Assembly (NCBI GenBank): GCA_029856365.1
Contig: JAHQWW010000044.1
Span: forward strand, 1-26,323
Length of the DNA: 26,323 bases
DNA from: Candidatus Hodarchaeota archaeon
GTDB taxonomy: Archaea > Asgardarchaeota > Heimdallarchaeia > Hodarchaeales > Hodarchaeaceae
Direction: 5' to 3'
Shown here piece by piece: positions 8,208 to 17,037 of the stretch (position 1 is its first letter; every line of letters starts with the position of its first letter). Made by a program: the position numbers and the translations under genes. The notes beneath the pieces were generated by a model. It was not told the origin of the DNA and ran no database searches. It worked only from the letters and a program-made list of their open reading frames with translations.

Positions 8208-10088
8208 TTACAATTCTCTTAATAAATGTGTTATTTCATAACCATAAATCTTGATTGTAGGAATTAACGATGCTAAGAAGATAATTAGGGCTACTATAAT
8301 CAATCCAACTCCTAAAACAAGAGGTGAAATTGATAATTCTAATATAAATATGTTATCTGGACTGATAGTGACTGTGCGTGAAGCAAAAAGGAAACCTAAT
8401 GCAAATAGGGTCCCCGTTATCACACCTAAGATTATTCCAATACCAGTCAGAAATAAAGATTCATTTATTACTAATCTTGAAATCTTACGTCTTGTAGCAC
8501 CGAATGCTTGAAATATTGCAAATTCTTGTAAACGTTCATTAATTAAATACTGATAGAAAACAGCCACTCCAAGAATAGCAATTAAAATTGCTCCAAGGGA
8601 GTCTATTGTTAACAGTCCCTGGACTCCTGCTAGATGGAAGAAATCCTGTTGGGATTTCTCTACTGAAGAGGATTCAAGAATCATTCTTATTTCTTTTATT
8701 TCTTTAAGTTGATCAATTGTTGATGATTGCCCCTTAACATCAGTAGAATTAACACGAATAAGGAAAACATTAGCTGTATTAGTACCAAAGGTCTCTAATA
8801 AATCTTTATGAACAAATGCATATCCACCAAAACTATATGCTCCCGCAATATACTCCCCTGGATAGAGAGAACCAACCCCAGGAGCAGAATTTAATATCCC
8901 AGTGATCGAAAGATTCCATTCCGCTCCATAGCCAGAAAGAAGGTCTAGTACTTGGATAACGGATCCTATTTCCCATTTAAATACTTCAGCTAAGTAAGCA
9001 TTAATTATGACTGAATGGTGAGGATCTTCTCTTAGAGAGTGCCAAAAACTGGCTGGTACTGGACCATCAATTATTGATTCGGGATAAAGGTTTGAAATCT
9101 CATTGTAAGATTCAGGATCAATTCCAATTAAAACAATAGAATGACGAGCGATTGTCACTGATCGGCACGGGAAGCCAATACAATGATCAATCCCAGAAAT
9201 ATTTGATAATTGAGTTGAGAAATTCCTAGTATTAACATCATCAGTCACAAGCTTAAAATCCCCTCCAATAAGGTAATCAGCGTTTTTATTACTGTTATCC
9301 TTAATTGTTTCCTCATAAACTATCGCAAATGTAAATAATGAGATTGTTAGAGTAATTAATGCTAGAAGACTAATAAACTGGCTTCTACGTCGAAAAAGAT
9401 TGACCCATGTTATTCTTCTTCGAGGATTCTGGAATATCTTCAAACTATCGAATAGTGATTGAATGATGTGAAAACAAAATTGAGGCACATAAAAGGAGAA
9501 TAATACCCATAGCGCCATGACAAGAACAGCTATGAGAGGAATTAGCTGAATAGAGATCTCTGATGCACCTAATTCATTAAGTACTGTCGGAGTAAGTGTT
9601 GTAAAAATTAGATATAGTATTAATCCAGCAATTAACAATCTCAGAATCGTCGTAGTTATTCTTTGATTTAAGGAAAGAAAACGACTGTTCTGCCTTTCGT
9701 GATCAAAATAGTGTAATTTTTTTATTAATCGTTGAAATAAAATGAAAAAATAACCAAAATTCACGAATAAAACAAAAATGACACCAATTAACCACATACT
9801 CTGGGTTACTAATAATGATCTTCCTCTACCGTACAGAGACTCGTAGGGGACCTGTAGAAAGTTTGGAGTTGATAACAAAATGTTTAGTAAGATTATTCCT
9901 CCTAAGATACCACCAAGTATTCCAATAAAAGTAAGAAGCCCAAATTCAAAACTTCCAACAATCGCCATCTTTCGATCTGATGTACCACGTAATCGCAAAT
10001 AATGGTATTCCTCGATCCTAGAGTTAAGAAGATGGGGAATTAAAGCCAGATAGAATATTTCCGCACAAATCAAGATTGGAAGTAACAT
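8208..10088 (-). CDS. FtsX/MacB-family ABC permease, apparently lacking its N-terminal part (possible pseudogene)
   Basis: Two FtsX signatures (SRIEEYHYLRLRGTS and ERLQEFAIFQAFGAT), IGGDF after the TM helix and one large extracytoplasmic domain. The frame is open upstream to 10151 without a standard start codon. Confidence 0.85.
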   Translation of the reverse strand: MLLPILICAEIFYLALIPHLLNSRIEEYHYLRLRGTSDRKMAIVGSFEFGLLTFIGILGGILGGIILLNILLSTPNFLQVPYESLYGRGRSLLVTQSMWLIGVIFVLFVNFGYFFILFQRLIKKLHYFDHERQNSRFLSLNQRITTTILRLLIAGLILYLIFTTLTPTVLNELGASEISIQLIPLIAVLVMALWVLFSFYVPQFCFHIIQSLFDSLKIFQNPRRRITWVNLFRRRSQFISLLALITLTISLFTFAIVYEETIKDNSNKNADYLIGGDFKLVTDDVNTRNFSTQLSNISGIDHCIGFPCRSVTIARHSIVLIGIDPESYNEISNLYPESIIDGPVPASFWHSLREDPHHSVIINAYLAEVFKWEIGSVIQVLDLLSGYGAEWNLSITGILNSAPGVGSLYPGEYIAGAYSFGGYAFVHKDLLETFGTNTANVFLIRVNSTDVKGQSSTIDQLKEIKEIRMILESSSVEKSQQDFFHLAGVQGLLTIDSLGAILIAILGVAVFYQYLINERLQEFAIFQAFGATRRKISRLVINESLFLTGIGIILGVITGTLFALGFLFASRTVTISPDNIFILELSISPLVLGVGLIIVALIIFLASLIPTIKIYGYEITHLLREL

Positions 10089-10242
10089 GAGAAGTAAGAC
10101 AAGAAACGACTTATTGAAAGTATAAAGTAAGGATTGAATTTCATCAATACTTTAGTTTCATCACGATCTTTTATCTTATTGCGTTCTCTGTCCCTTTTTG
10201 GTTTACTATTACAACAGAATATGCTCAATCATAGTCTAGTGC

Positions 10243-11529
10243 CTATATCTTAACCACTTTCGTAGCTCTATTCCTCTTTTCACCACGTAGAATATGAACA
10301 GCAGTAAAAACTTGAATTAAACCGAAAATTCCTGCTATAAGAAAGGGAACTCCACCCCCAAAGAATTTGTATCCGAGGATTTCTAAAGATTCTAAAACAA
10401 ATAATTCATAGATCCAAGCCCCAACAAGTGGACCTAAGGTAGCTCCCACATTGAAGGCAGATTGGATACGACCCATAACCTTACCTCTCATCAGAGGCGG
10501 AATTTTATCAGCTTGAAAAGCACGATAAGCAGGGATATAGGCCTGAAAAGCAGTTGATCGAAATATGAAAAAAATGATTGTAGCGATCAATGTTGTACTT
10601 AAAGAGACCCCAATAAAAGCTAATCCAGTGAAAATCATTCCAATCCAGACTATCTGCATCCTTTCGATTTTATCACTTAATTTTCCCGCAGGATAGTTTA
10701 CTAGAAGAGCAACACTCCCACTAATGGTGAAAATGAATCCTATCGTTCCTTCATCTAATAAGAACGCATTAGTCATATGTAAGGTAAAGATAGGAATGAT
10801 CAAGCCAATAGAAAATCCACTTATTACTCCTATAAATAAGAATGAACTAAAATAGGGAGTTATTGAGGTAGGAATATCAACTATTTCGTCAGTGATCAAT
10901 TCTTCAATTGGATCTTTCTTATCTTTCTTAAAAATATCTTCAACAAAAATAATTATTGATAACAAGGATGTAAATCCAAGGAAACCAGTAAATAAGAAAG
11001 GAACACTAAAAGCGGTTAAAGTATCAAGATATAAAATATCTGTTCCGAAGGAAAACAAAAGGCCACCTAGTGCTGGGCCAATGATGAAACCAAAATTAAA
11101 TGTGGTGAAATATTTCCCCATCCAAGCACCACGGTCTTTTATAGGCACAGAATCAACAAGTAGGGCCTCAGCTGTAGGGAAAACCGCTCCCGCAGAAGCT
11201 CCTTCTACAATTCTTAAAATAAACAGCCAGAAAAACGATCTGGCAAATCCTAACAGAGCTGTACTGAAAGCATAGAAGATAAGTGAAATAATCAAGATTA
11301 TTTTCCGGCCAACTTTATCGGAGAAATCAGGGACAACTCCTGATGAAATAGCACGGGCAACCATGAATATAGAGATAATTACTCCGATTTCAAGTGGTCG
11401 TAGATGAATTTCGTCTGCTAAAAGTGTAATAAATATGGCTAATAATCCAAACCCGATATTAACGATCTGAGAAGCGAAGAGTAGCATGTACGCATTTCTA
11501 ATTGAAGTTTTTAGAGTTGTCGTTGTCAC
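10243..11529 (-). CDS. MFS transporter, DHA1-like drug:H+ antiporter type
   Basis: About 12 TM; motif A FSDKVGRK and GKLSDKIER; LRIVEG; motif C GFIIGPALGGLL. Confidence 0.92.
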   Translation of the reverse strand: MTTTTLKTSIRNAYMLLFASQIVNIGFGLLAIFITLLADEIHLRPLEIGVIISIFMVARAISSGVVPDFSDKVGRKIILIISLIFYAFSTALLGFARSFFWLFILRIVEGASAGAVFPTAEALLVDSVPIKDRGAWMGKYFTTFNFGFIIGPALGGLLFSFGTDILYLDTLTAFSVPFLFTGFLGFTSLLSIIIFVEDIFKKDKKDPIEELITDEIVDIPTSITPYFSSFLFIGVISGFSIGLIIPIFTLHMTNAFLLDEGTIGFIFTISGSVALLVNYPAGKLSDKIERMQIVWIGMIFTGLAFIGVSLSTTLIATIIFFIFRSTAFQAYIPAYRAFQADKIPPLMRGKVMGRIQSAFNVGATLGPLVGAWIYELFVLESLEILGYKFFGGGVPFLIAGIFGLIQVFTAVHILRGEKRNRATKVVKI

Positions 11530-11589
11530 TGAACCACTTCTGGGGAATTTTCAGGTGTTTGTAGAATTTTTAATTTCCATATGAGAATT

Positions 11590-12792
11590 TTATTGTATTT
11601 TTTCCATGATTTGGTTTTTTTGAAGTTGATCTATTTTGATGAAAATTATAATAACAATTAGTGTCCCAATGAAAGTCATAATGAGTAATGGGGAAAATCC
11701 AATATGAGAGAAAATAAACCCTGCAAAAGCTGCAGTAGGTACACTTCCTAATCGTTGAATGAAAGAGAGAATTCCAAAGTTTGTTGCAACAGCAGTAGGA
11801 TCAATCTCAATAAAACTTAAAACAACGGAGGGTCTCCAAAAAGCAATACTGATTCCTAATGTTGCATAAGCCCATATCAATATCTCTGCTTGCTGAACAG
11901 CAATTGAAAGCAATGTTAAGATTATCCACATAATACCAGTTACTTCTCCCATTATAAGTCCGAAAAGTCGCCCAAAGTGATCAACACATGAACCAGCAGG
12001 ATATTGAAAAAGGACAAGGACTATGCTTAACGTGAAAGTTAATGTGGCAATAAAAGAGACATCAACTCCAAATAGAATAATATAGATTCCATTAGCAATG
12101 GAAAGAGGTAACCCCCAAGAGAATGAATCAAGAAAGAATGCGATAGCAGTTAATCGAGAGATCGGTTTCTTTAAGGTCTCAGTTAAGACCAGAGGAAAAG
12201 AGACTTGGCTTTTATTCGGGGAAATGTCGTGTAATACTAAGAAGTTAATAATTATTGCAAGAGTAAACAGAAGGCAACTGATTTGGAAGTAGATGACATA
12301 TTCCCTGTAAACCTCATTCTGAATTATGAAAGAGGCTATGATACCGGCAATAGAAGAGGAGTTATACACAATTGAATATGCTAATCCTCTTTTTGCCTCA
12401 ATAGACGATTCATGTATAAGTCCTTGTAGAGGGGGATCATAAATGCCAATTCCTAGATTGAAGACAATAAGACTAATTATTGATATTAATACACCTGAAT
12501 TTCCAATTGAAAGGCCAATTAACCCTAAAATGCTAATAATCTCTCCAAAAATAATGAATTTTTTCCTTCCATACAAATCCCCATAAAAACTCAGTAATAA
12601 GGGAATTACCGCCGAGAAACTCCCGATCGTAAGTATAGTCCCCAAAATTTGAGCTGTTTCAGGTGTTGTCCCGTAGATTGATAATAAGAAAGGTTGAATT
12701 TGGATTAAATAAACAGAATTGACGAATCCCCATAAAAAATGGGTCACAGTCAAAGTAATAACGTTTAGATTAAACAAACTCTTTGTTTTCAC
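11590..12792 (-). CDS. MFS transporter
   Basis: About 12 TM; GDLYGRKK and VDHFGR motif A copies; ESS...KRGLAY. GTG start with GGTGA upstream. Confidence 0.88.
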   Translation of the reverse strand: MKTKSLFNLNVITLTVTHFLWGFVNSVYLIQIQPFLLSIYGTTPETAQILGTILTIGSFSAVIPLLLSFYGDLYGRKKFIIFGEIISILGLIGLSIGNSGVLISIISLIVFNLGIGIYDPPLQGLIHESSIEAKRGLAYSIVYNSSSIAGIIASFIIQNEVYREYVIYFQISCLLFTLAIIINFLVLHDISPNKSQVSFPLVLTETLKKPISRLTAIAFFLDSFSWGLPLSIANGIYIILFGVDVSFIATLTFTLSIVLVLFQYPAGSCVDHFGRLFGLIMGEVTGIMWIILTLLSIAVQQAEILIWAYATLGISIAFWRPSVVLSFIEIDPTAVATNFGILSFIQRLGSVPTAAFAGFIFSHIGFSPLLIMTFIGTLIVIIIFIKIDQLQKNQIMEKIQ

Positions 12793-12976
12793 TGAATATT
12801 GTCACCGAAGTCGATGATAAATCTGTAGACGGGTAATTTTTGCTGTTTTATTTCATTTCCGAAGTTATTTGTGGGAAGTTTTTTTAAGATCCTAAAAGCA
12901 ACTTCTTTAAGTATTGTAAAATCTCACTTTTTCTCTTGTAATTTGTTTTATCGATTGTGATAGAGGAATCATAAAA

Positions 12977-13840
12977 ATGGTAAACAGAACAGCAGCGGTT
13001 CTAAGAGCCAATATTATTAGGAACCTACGGATAGATTGGAAGTATAAATTGAACTTCATCACAGATTTAGCATGGCTTGCTGTAGATGTTATCACATTTC
13101 TCTTCCTCGGTCAAGTGGTAGCATCCAGTGATATTGATAATTTTCTCTATGAAGGCTTTTTGAAAGAATTCTTAGTTGTAGGGGTAATCTATTGGGTGAT
13201 ATTCACTAGGGCTTATAAAGATGGTGTTTCTGTTATTCCTAATGAAGCAGCACTTGGTGCTTTAGGTTTCATTATAACTAATGATATTACCTTGAGTGAT
13301 TTAATAGCTGGTCAATTCTCCTCTAGTACTATCAAGACCTCAATAACCCTTTGTATATTTGTATTACCAATCGTTGCTATTCTTTCGTACATTCGAATTG
13401 GTGAGACTACAATATTACAACCTTTGGTGATAACTCTCGAAATTCTTATATTGAGTTTTTTGATCCTCATTATCTCATGGATTTTTATGCTGGGAATAAC
13501 AATTGTTGCTTCAACCCTTAATGTGATTTTTAAGAAAAGTGGTCCGTTAACATTCTTATTCTCCTATCTTTTAACGATGCTAAGTGGTTATTTCTTCCCC
13601 TTAGAAGTTCTCCGTACTTTTGGTTTATCAACACTAGAACAGGTATTTTACTTGATACCAACGACCAATATGCTTTACAGTCTCCGCTCCATGCTCATTA
13701 TTGGTACTATTCCCTTGAATATTCTCTTTATCGTTATTATCAATGGGATCGTTTCAATCGTACTATTTATTTTAGCCATGATGCTTATGCGAAAAATTAC
13801 CAGAAAAGCTGCGTATAGTGGAACATTGGAGTTTTATTAA
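12977..13840 (+). CDS. ABC-2 type exporter permease
   Basis: About 6 TM; LSGYFFPLEVL...IPTT...LRS is typical of ABC-2 membrane subunits. Immediately upstream of an ABC ATPase. Confidence 0.85.
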   Translation: MVNRTAAVLRANIIRNLRIDWKYKLNFITDLAWLAVDVITFLFLGQVVASSDIDNFLYEGFLKEFLVVGVIYWVIFTRAYKDGVSVIPNEAALGALGFIITNDITLSDLIAGQFSSSTIKTSITLCIFVLPIVAILSYIRIGETTILQPLVITLEILILSFLILIISWIFMLGITIVASTLNVIFKKSGPLTFLFSYLLTMLSGYFFPLEVLRTFGLSTLEQVFYLIPTTNMLYSLRSMLIIGTIPLNILFIVIINGIVSIVLFILAMMLMRKITRKAAYSGTLEFY

Positions 13841-13855
13841 GGAGAGAAATCACAA

Positions 13856-14824
13856 ATGACACTGACAAGCGATCGAAAAATTATTGTAAAAGATGTACAT
13901 AAATACTTTGGAAAGAAACATGTGTTAAAAGGGATTGATTTCCATTTACCCGATGGAGAAAACTTGGCTATTATTGGACCAAATGGAAGTGGTAAAACAA
14001 CTCTTTTAAGAACATTAGCAAGTATTTACCTACCTGACAAAGGATCAATACAAATTGGCCCATACGATTTAGTAACACAAACCCGTCAAGCAAGACGATT
14101 ATTATCATATGTTTCTCCCAATCTTTCTTTTCATAAGAAATTGACTCTTAGAGAGACTCTGGACTATTTTTCAGATCTACAGGGAGTGGAATGGAGGAAC
14201 CAACAAGAATTAATGGATGACATTGATCTCACGAGAATGCTCGATTCTCCCATCGAAGGATTCTCAGAAGGACAAAAAGCCATGACACGTTTCCTCATCG
14301 CACTTATGAAGAATCCCAAAATCCTTGTCCTTGACGAAATCACAGCTACCCTAGATGTCAAGAAGAAAGAGTCCATCATACAGTACATCTATGAATTAGA
14401 TGAACAACGAGGCCTCACTATTCTTCTGATTGATCACGACCCTAGCGTTGTTGATCGTCTTTGTGAAAAATTACTGTTATTAACACATGACGGTAAGGTA
14501 ATGAAATACGGTAATACATCAGAAATCATTAAACAAATCCCTTATGCTTTTGATGTGAAGGTTATTCCCCACCCCTCTGTCGACATACAGTCTTTTGTAC
14601 AAGAATTGGGATTTAGTCACCGAATTATGGGGCAAATGTGCCAATTTTATGCGAAAACCAAGAATGAGGTTGACGAAATTACCACAGAATTATTAAATCG
14701 ACAAGAAGAAGAAATTCTCGAGTTTAGCGTCTCTGGTTTAAGTATGGAAGATGTGTACTGGCATTGGCTTCTACTTTTAGGTATTCCAATTGAAGATCGT
14801 ACAAAACGATTAGATTTCAGATAA
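13856..14824 (+). CDS. ABC-2 exporter ATP-binding protein (DrrA/NatA-like) with divergent motifs
   Basis: GPNGSGKT, FSEGQ signature, ILVLDE, IDHD, C-terminal SMEDVY. AAGGAG RBS. Confidence 0.9.
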   Translation: MTLTSDRKIIVKDVHKYFGKKHVLKGIDFHLPDGENLAIIGPNGSGKTTLLRTLASIYLPDKGSIQIGPYDLVTQTRQARRLLSYVSPNLSFHKKLTLRETLDYFSDLQGVEWRNQQELMDDIDLTRMLDSPIEGFSEGQKAMTRFLIALMKNPKILVLDEITATLDVKKKESIIQYIYELDEQRGLTILLIDHDPSVVDRLCEKLLLLTHDGKVMKYGNTSEIIKQIPYAFDVKVIPHPSVDIQSFVQELGFSHRIMGQMCQFYAKTKNEVDEITTELLNRQEEEILEFSVSGLSMEDVYWHWLLLLGIPIEDRTKRLDFR

Positions 14825-14944
14825 ATCCATTCGTATTCATAGTTTAGAACAGAATAGTCGTTTATTGAAATATCACGTTCTAATATATAGTTCTATTAAG
14901 GGAATTAGCTCAATCTTCTATAGTTATTGAAGGAGGTTAATTCT

Positions 14945-15103
14945 ATGAGAATTAACATACTAAAAATACCAATAATCTTCTTATTTCTATGTCTTAGTAT
15001 TACTTCCGTTATAGCTGAAAATGAGGGACTCCAATCATTCGAGGACTATCCAATTGATCCATTTCCTGAAGAGGACTTGTATCTTTTTTCAGTTGATTAT
15101 TGA
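14945..15103 (+). CDS. Small secreted pre-peptide, 52 aa (below the ORF-track cutoff)
   Basis: AGGAGGT RBS at 14931-14937. Translation MRINILKIPIIFLFLCLSITSVIA-ENEGLQSFEDYPIDPFPEEDLYLFSVDY*: basic N-terminus, hydrophobic core, V-x-A cleavage site. Confidence 0.7.
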   Translation: MRINILKIPIIFLFLCLSITSVIAENEGLQSFEDYPIDPFPEEDLYLFSVDY

Positions 15104-15114
15104 TTGATTATTGA
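15093..15114. repeat. Exact 11-bp tandem duplication (TTGATTATTGA x2)
   Basis: 15093-15103 and 15104-15114 are identical. The first copy contains the stop codon of the small ORF. Confidence 0.8.
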
Positions 15115-15228
15115 ATCTGATTATAGTTAGCTAATATATTCTTAAAATCAGCAATCAATGAGTCTTATCAGTTTAGAAACAGTATTAATACCTGGTTCCA
15201 AATTAGAATTTAGATTAAAAAATGTGTT

Positions 15229-16056
15229 TCACCAATTGATTCTTCTACCTTTATGTAGGGTAATCAAACAATCCACAGTGGTCTCTATTTGACGACCTTC
15301 ATCCTCTGAACTCCATAATCCATCTGACTGTTGCCTTTTTTCGAGAATATCCAATGCACGAGATAGTAAAGGTAAAGTTTGAGGTTTGAATCCAAATAAC
15401 AATAAAGAAGAGGTAATCCATTGAATAGTAGAACCAGGATGGTCTTGATCTAGTAGATCATCAATAATTGAAACCATTTCTCTGCCAGTTACATTGAATG
15501 TACCATAATACCCCATAAAAATAGCGCCTGCAATCCATGTGGTATGGGGAAAACCTGCAAATGTCCCATCAAAATTTCTATGTTGTTTCAGATACTTCAA
15601 AGCTTTTTGAGTTACTAGGGAGGAAGGATCTTCAATAGTCATAATTGTACAACAATAGGCTGTAGTTAAAATCTCTACATTTTTATTATGGGGATCCATC
15701 CATGGGGGAAGCCCAGAAATTGCCAATAGTTGGTGATCTTCAATCCATGATCCATCAATCCTTTGAGAGGATTCTAAAAACTGTACTAATTGTTTTATAA
15801 GATCATGAGTCAATTCCGAATATCCTAATTCTTTTAAGAGAAGATATGCCCGATAAGAGTGCATTAAAGATGGAGGATTCCTATTCTGGAATTGGTAAGA
15901 GAAAGCTCCAGATGGCAATTGGAGCTTAGAATAGTGATTTAATAACTCTAATTTGGCTTTATTATCTCCCACTGCGGCATGAAGTCTTAATAAGTCCCTT
16001 GGTGAAGCATTCTTTTCAAGAAAATCAATTAATGAATTCAAACTTACAGGGTTCAT
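15229..16056 (-). CDS. Prenyltransferase/squalene-cyclase repeat protein (single alpha/alpha barrel)
   Basis: QW-type repeats QLPSGAF, QRIDGSW, RNFDGTF and QQSDGLW, some preceded by KALKYL/RALDIL-type helices. Confidence 0.8.
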   Translation of the reverse strand: MNPVSLNSLIDFLEKNASPRDLLRLHAAVGDNKAKLELLNHYSKLQLPSGAFSYQFQNRNPPSLMHSYRAYLLLKELGYSELTHDLIKQLVQFLESSQRIDGSWIEDHQLLAISGLPPWMDPHNKNVEILTTAYCCTIMTIEDPSSLVTQKALKYLKQHRNFDGTFAGFPHTTWIAGAIFMGYYGTFNVTGREMVSIIDDLLDQDHPGSTIQWITSSLLLFGFKPQTLPLLSRALDILEKRQQSDGLWSSEDEGRQIETTVDCLITLHKGRRINW

Positions 16057-16155
16057 TTATATTTCAACAAAAGAGCTCTATTACTTAATTCTAATGTCTG
16101 ATTTTTGGCTGATGAAAAGATTAATCTTTCAACCTAAGTTTCATTGTACCCCATT

Positions 16156-16911
16156 ATGAATAGTCTGGATTCCAGTAAAATCATAGAATTCCTTAATCGA
16201 CAAGAAATTCATGTAATAGGCTTTGCATCAGTAATAGATAAGATCAAATCAATAGTAGAAGACTTCTCTCCTCAGAAACTTTTAAGAAATGCAAAATCAC
16301 TCATTTGTTACGCAGTTCCAATACCTAAGGGTGTTATTTACTCGGAATCTAATGATATCCTTCTTTATTGGCGTTATTGTAATATGATGTATAGATCATT
16401 AGATGCTATAACAAACTCTCTATGTTTGTATTTAGAAGATAATGGATATGTTTCAACCCCGATCTATTCCTGTTATCCTTGGAGAATTGTGAATCGTGAA
16501 TTTTGGGGATTGTTACCTATTGTTTATTGGGCTGAAAAAGCTGGTCTGGGTAAGCTGACGAAGAGTGGATTATTGGGACATCCCAAATATGGCACACGCA
16601 TCCTTTTAGGAGGATTAATTACTTCAAAACTCTTAAAGCCCTCTGAAAAGGTTCAAGAGGAAATATGCCCAATAGATTGCTTTGAATGTATTGATGCATG
16701 TCCAGTTAAAGCTATTAATAGAACTGGCAAGGTAGATCATAATTTGTGCATTCGAAATGCTAACCTGAATCCGTTAATGATTAATCTACTTAAAGACAAG
16801 GAAACGAGAACAGCAGTTGATTTTGAAACAATCATGAATACTGTAGGTATTGATGATCATAGTAGCTATCATTGCTTGGAATGTCTGAAAGTGTGCCCTT
16901 TGAATAAATAA
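16156..16911 (+). CDS. QueG / reductive-dehalogenase-like 2x[4Fe-4S] protein
   Basis: AEKAGLGKLTKSGLLGHPKYGTRILLGGLIT; CPIDCFECIDACP ... C ... CLECLKVCP. ATG 16156 preferred over TTG 16144. Confidence 0.85.
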   Translation: MNSLDSSKIIEFLNRQEIHVIGFASVIDKIKSIVEDFSPQKLLRNAKSLICYAVPIPKGVIYSESNDILLYWRYCNMMYRSLDAITNSLCLYLEDNGYVSTPIYSCYPWRIVNREFWGLLPIVYWAEKAGLGKLTKSGLLGHPKYGTRILLGGLITSKLLKPSEKVQEEICPIDCFECIDACPVKAINRTGKVDHNLCIRNANLNPLMINLLKDKETRTAVDFETIMNTVGIDDHSSYHCLECLKVCPLNK

Positions 16912-17037
16912 TTGGAATTTAAGGAAAAAAAACAATATATTAAACTTTTAGTGAATTATTAGAATATTAGAATGAGGATGAAAACCTAAAAGAATAAATT
17001 ACCCTATGAAAACAATAGGTTTTGAGAGAGATAGTGA

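Noticed and set aside
15229-16056. Squalene-hopene/oxidosqualene cyclase or LanC-type RiPP cyclase acting on the neighbouring peptide
   Set aside because: Half the length of SHC/OSC, no DxDD, no LanC WCxG/CHG zinc motifs, convergent to the peptide gene, and the mature peptide lacks Cys.
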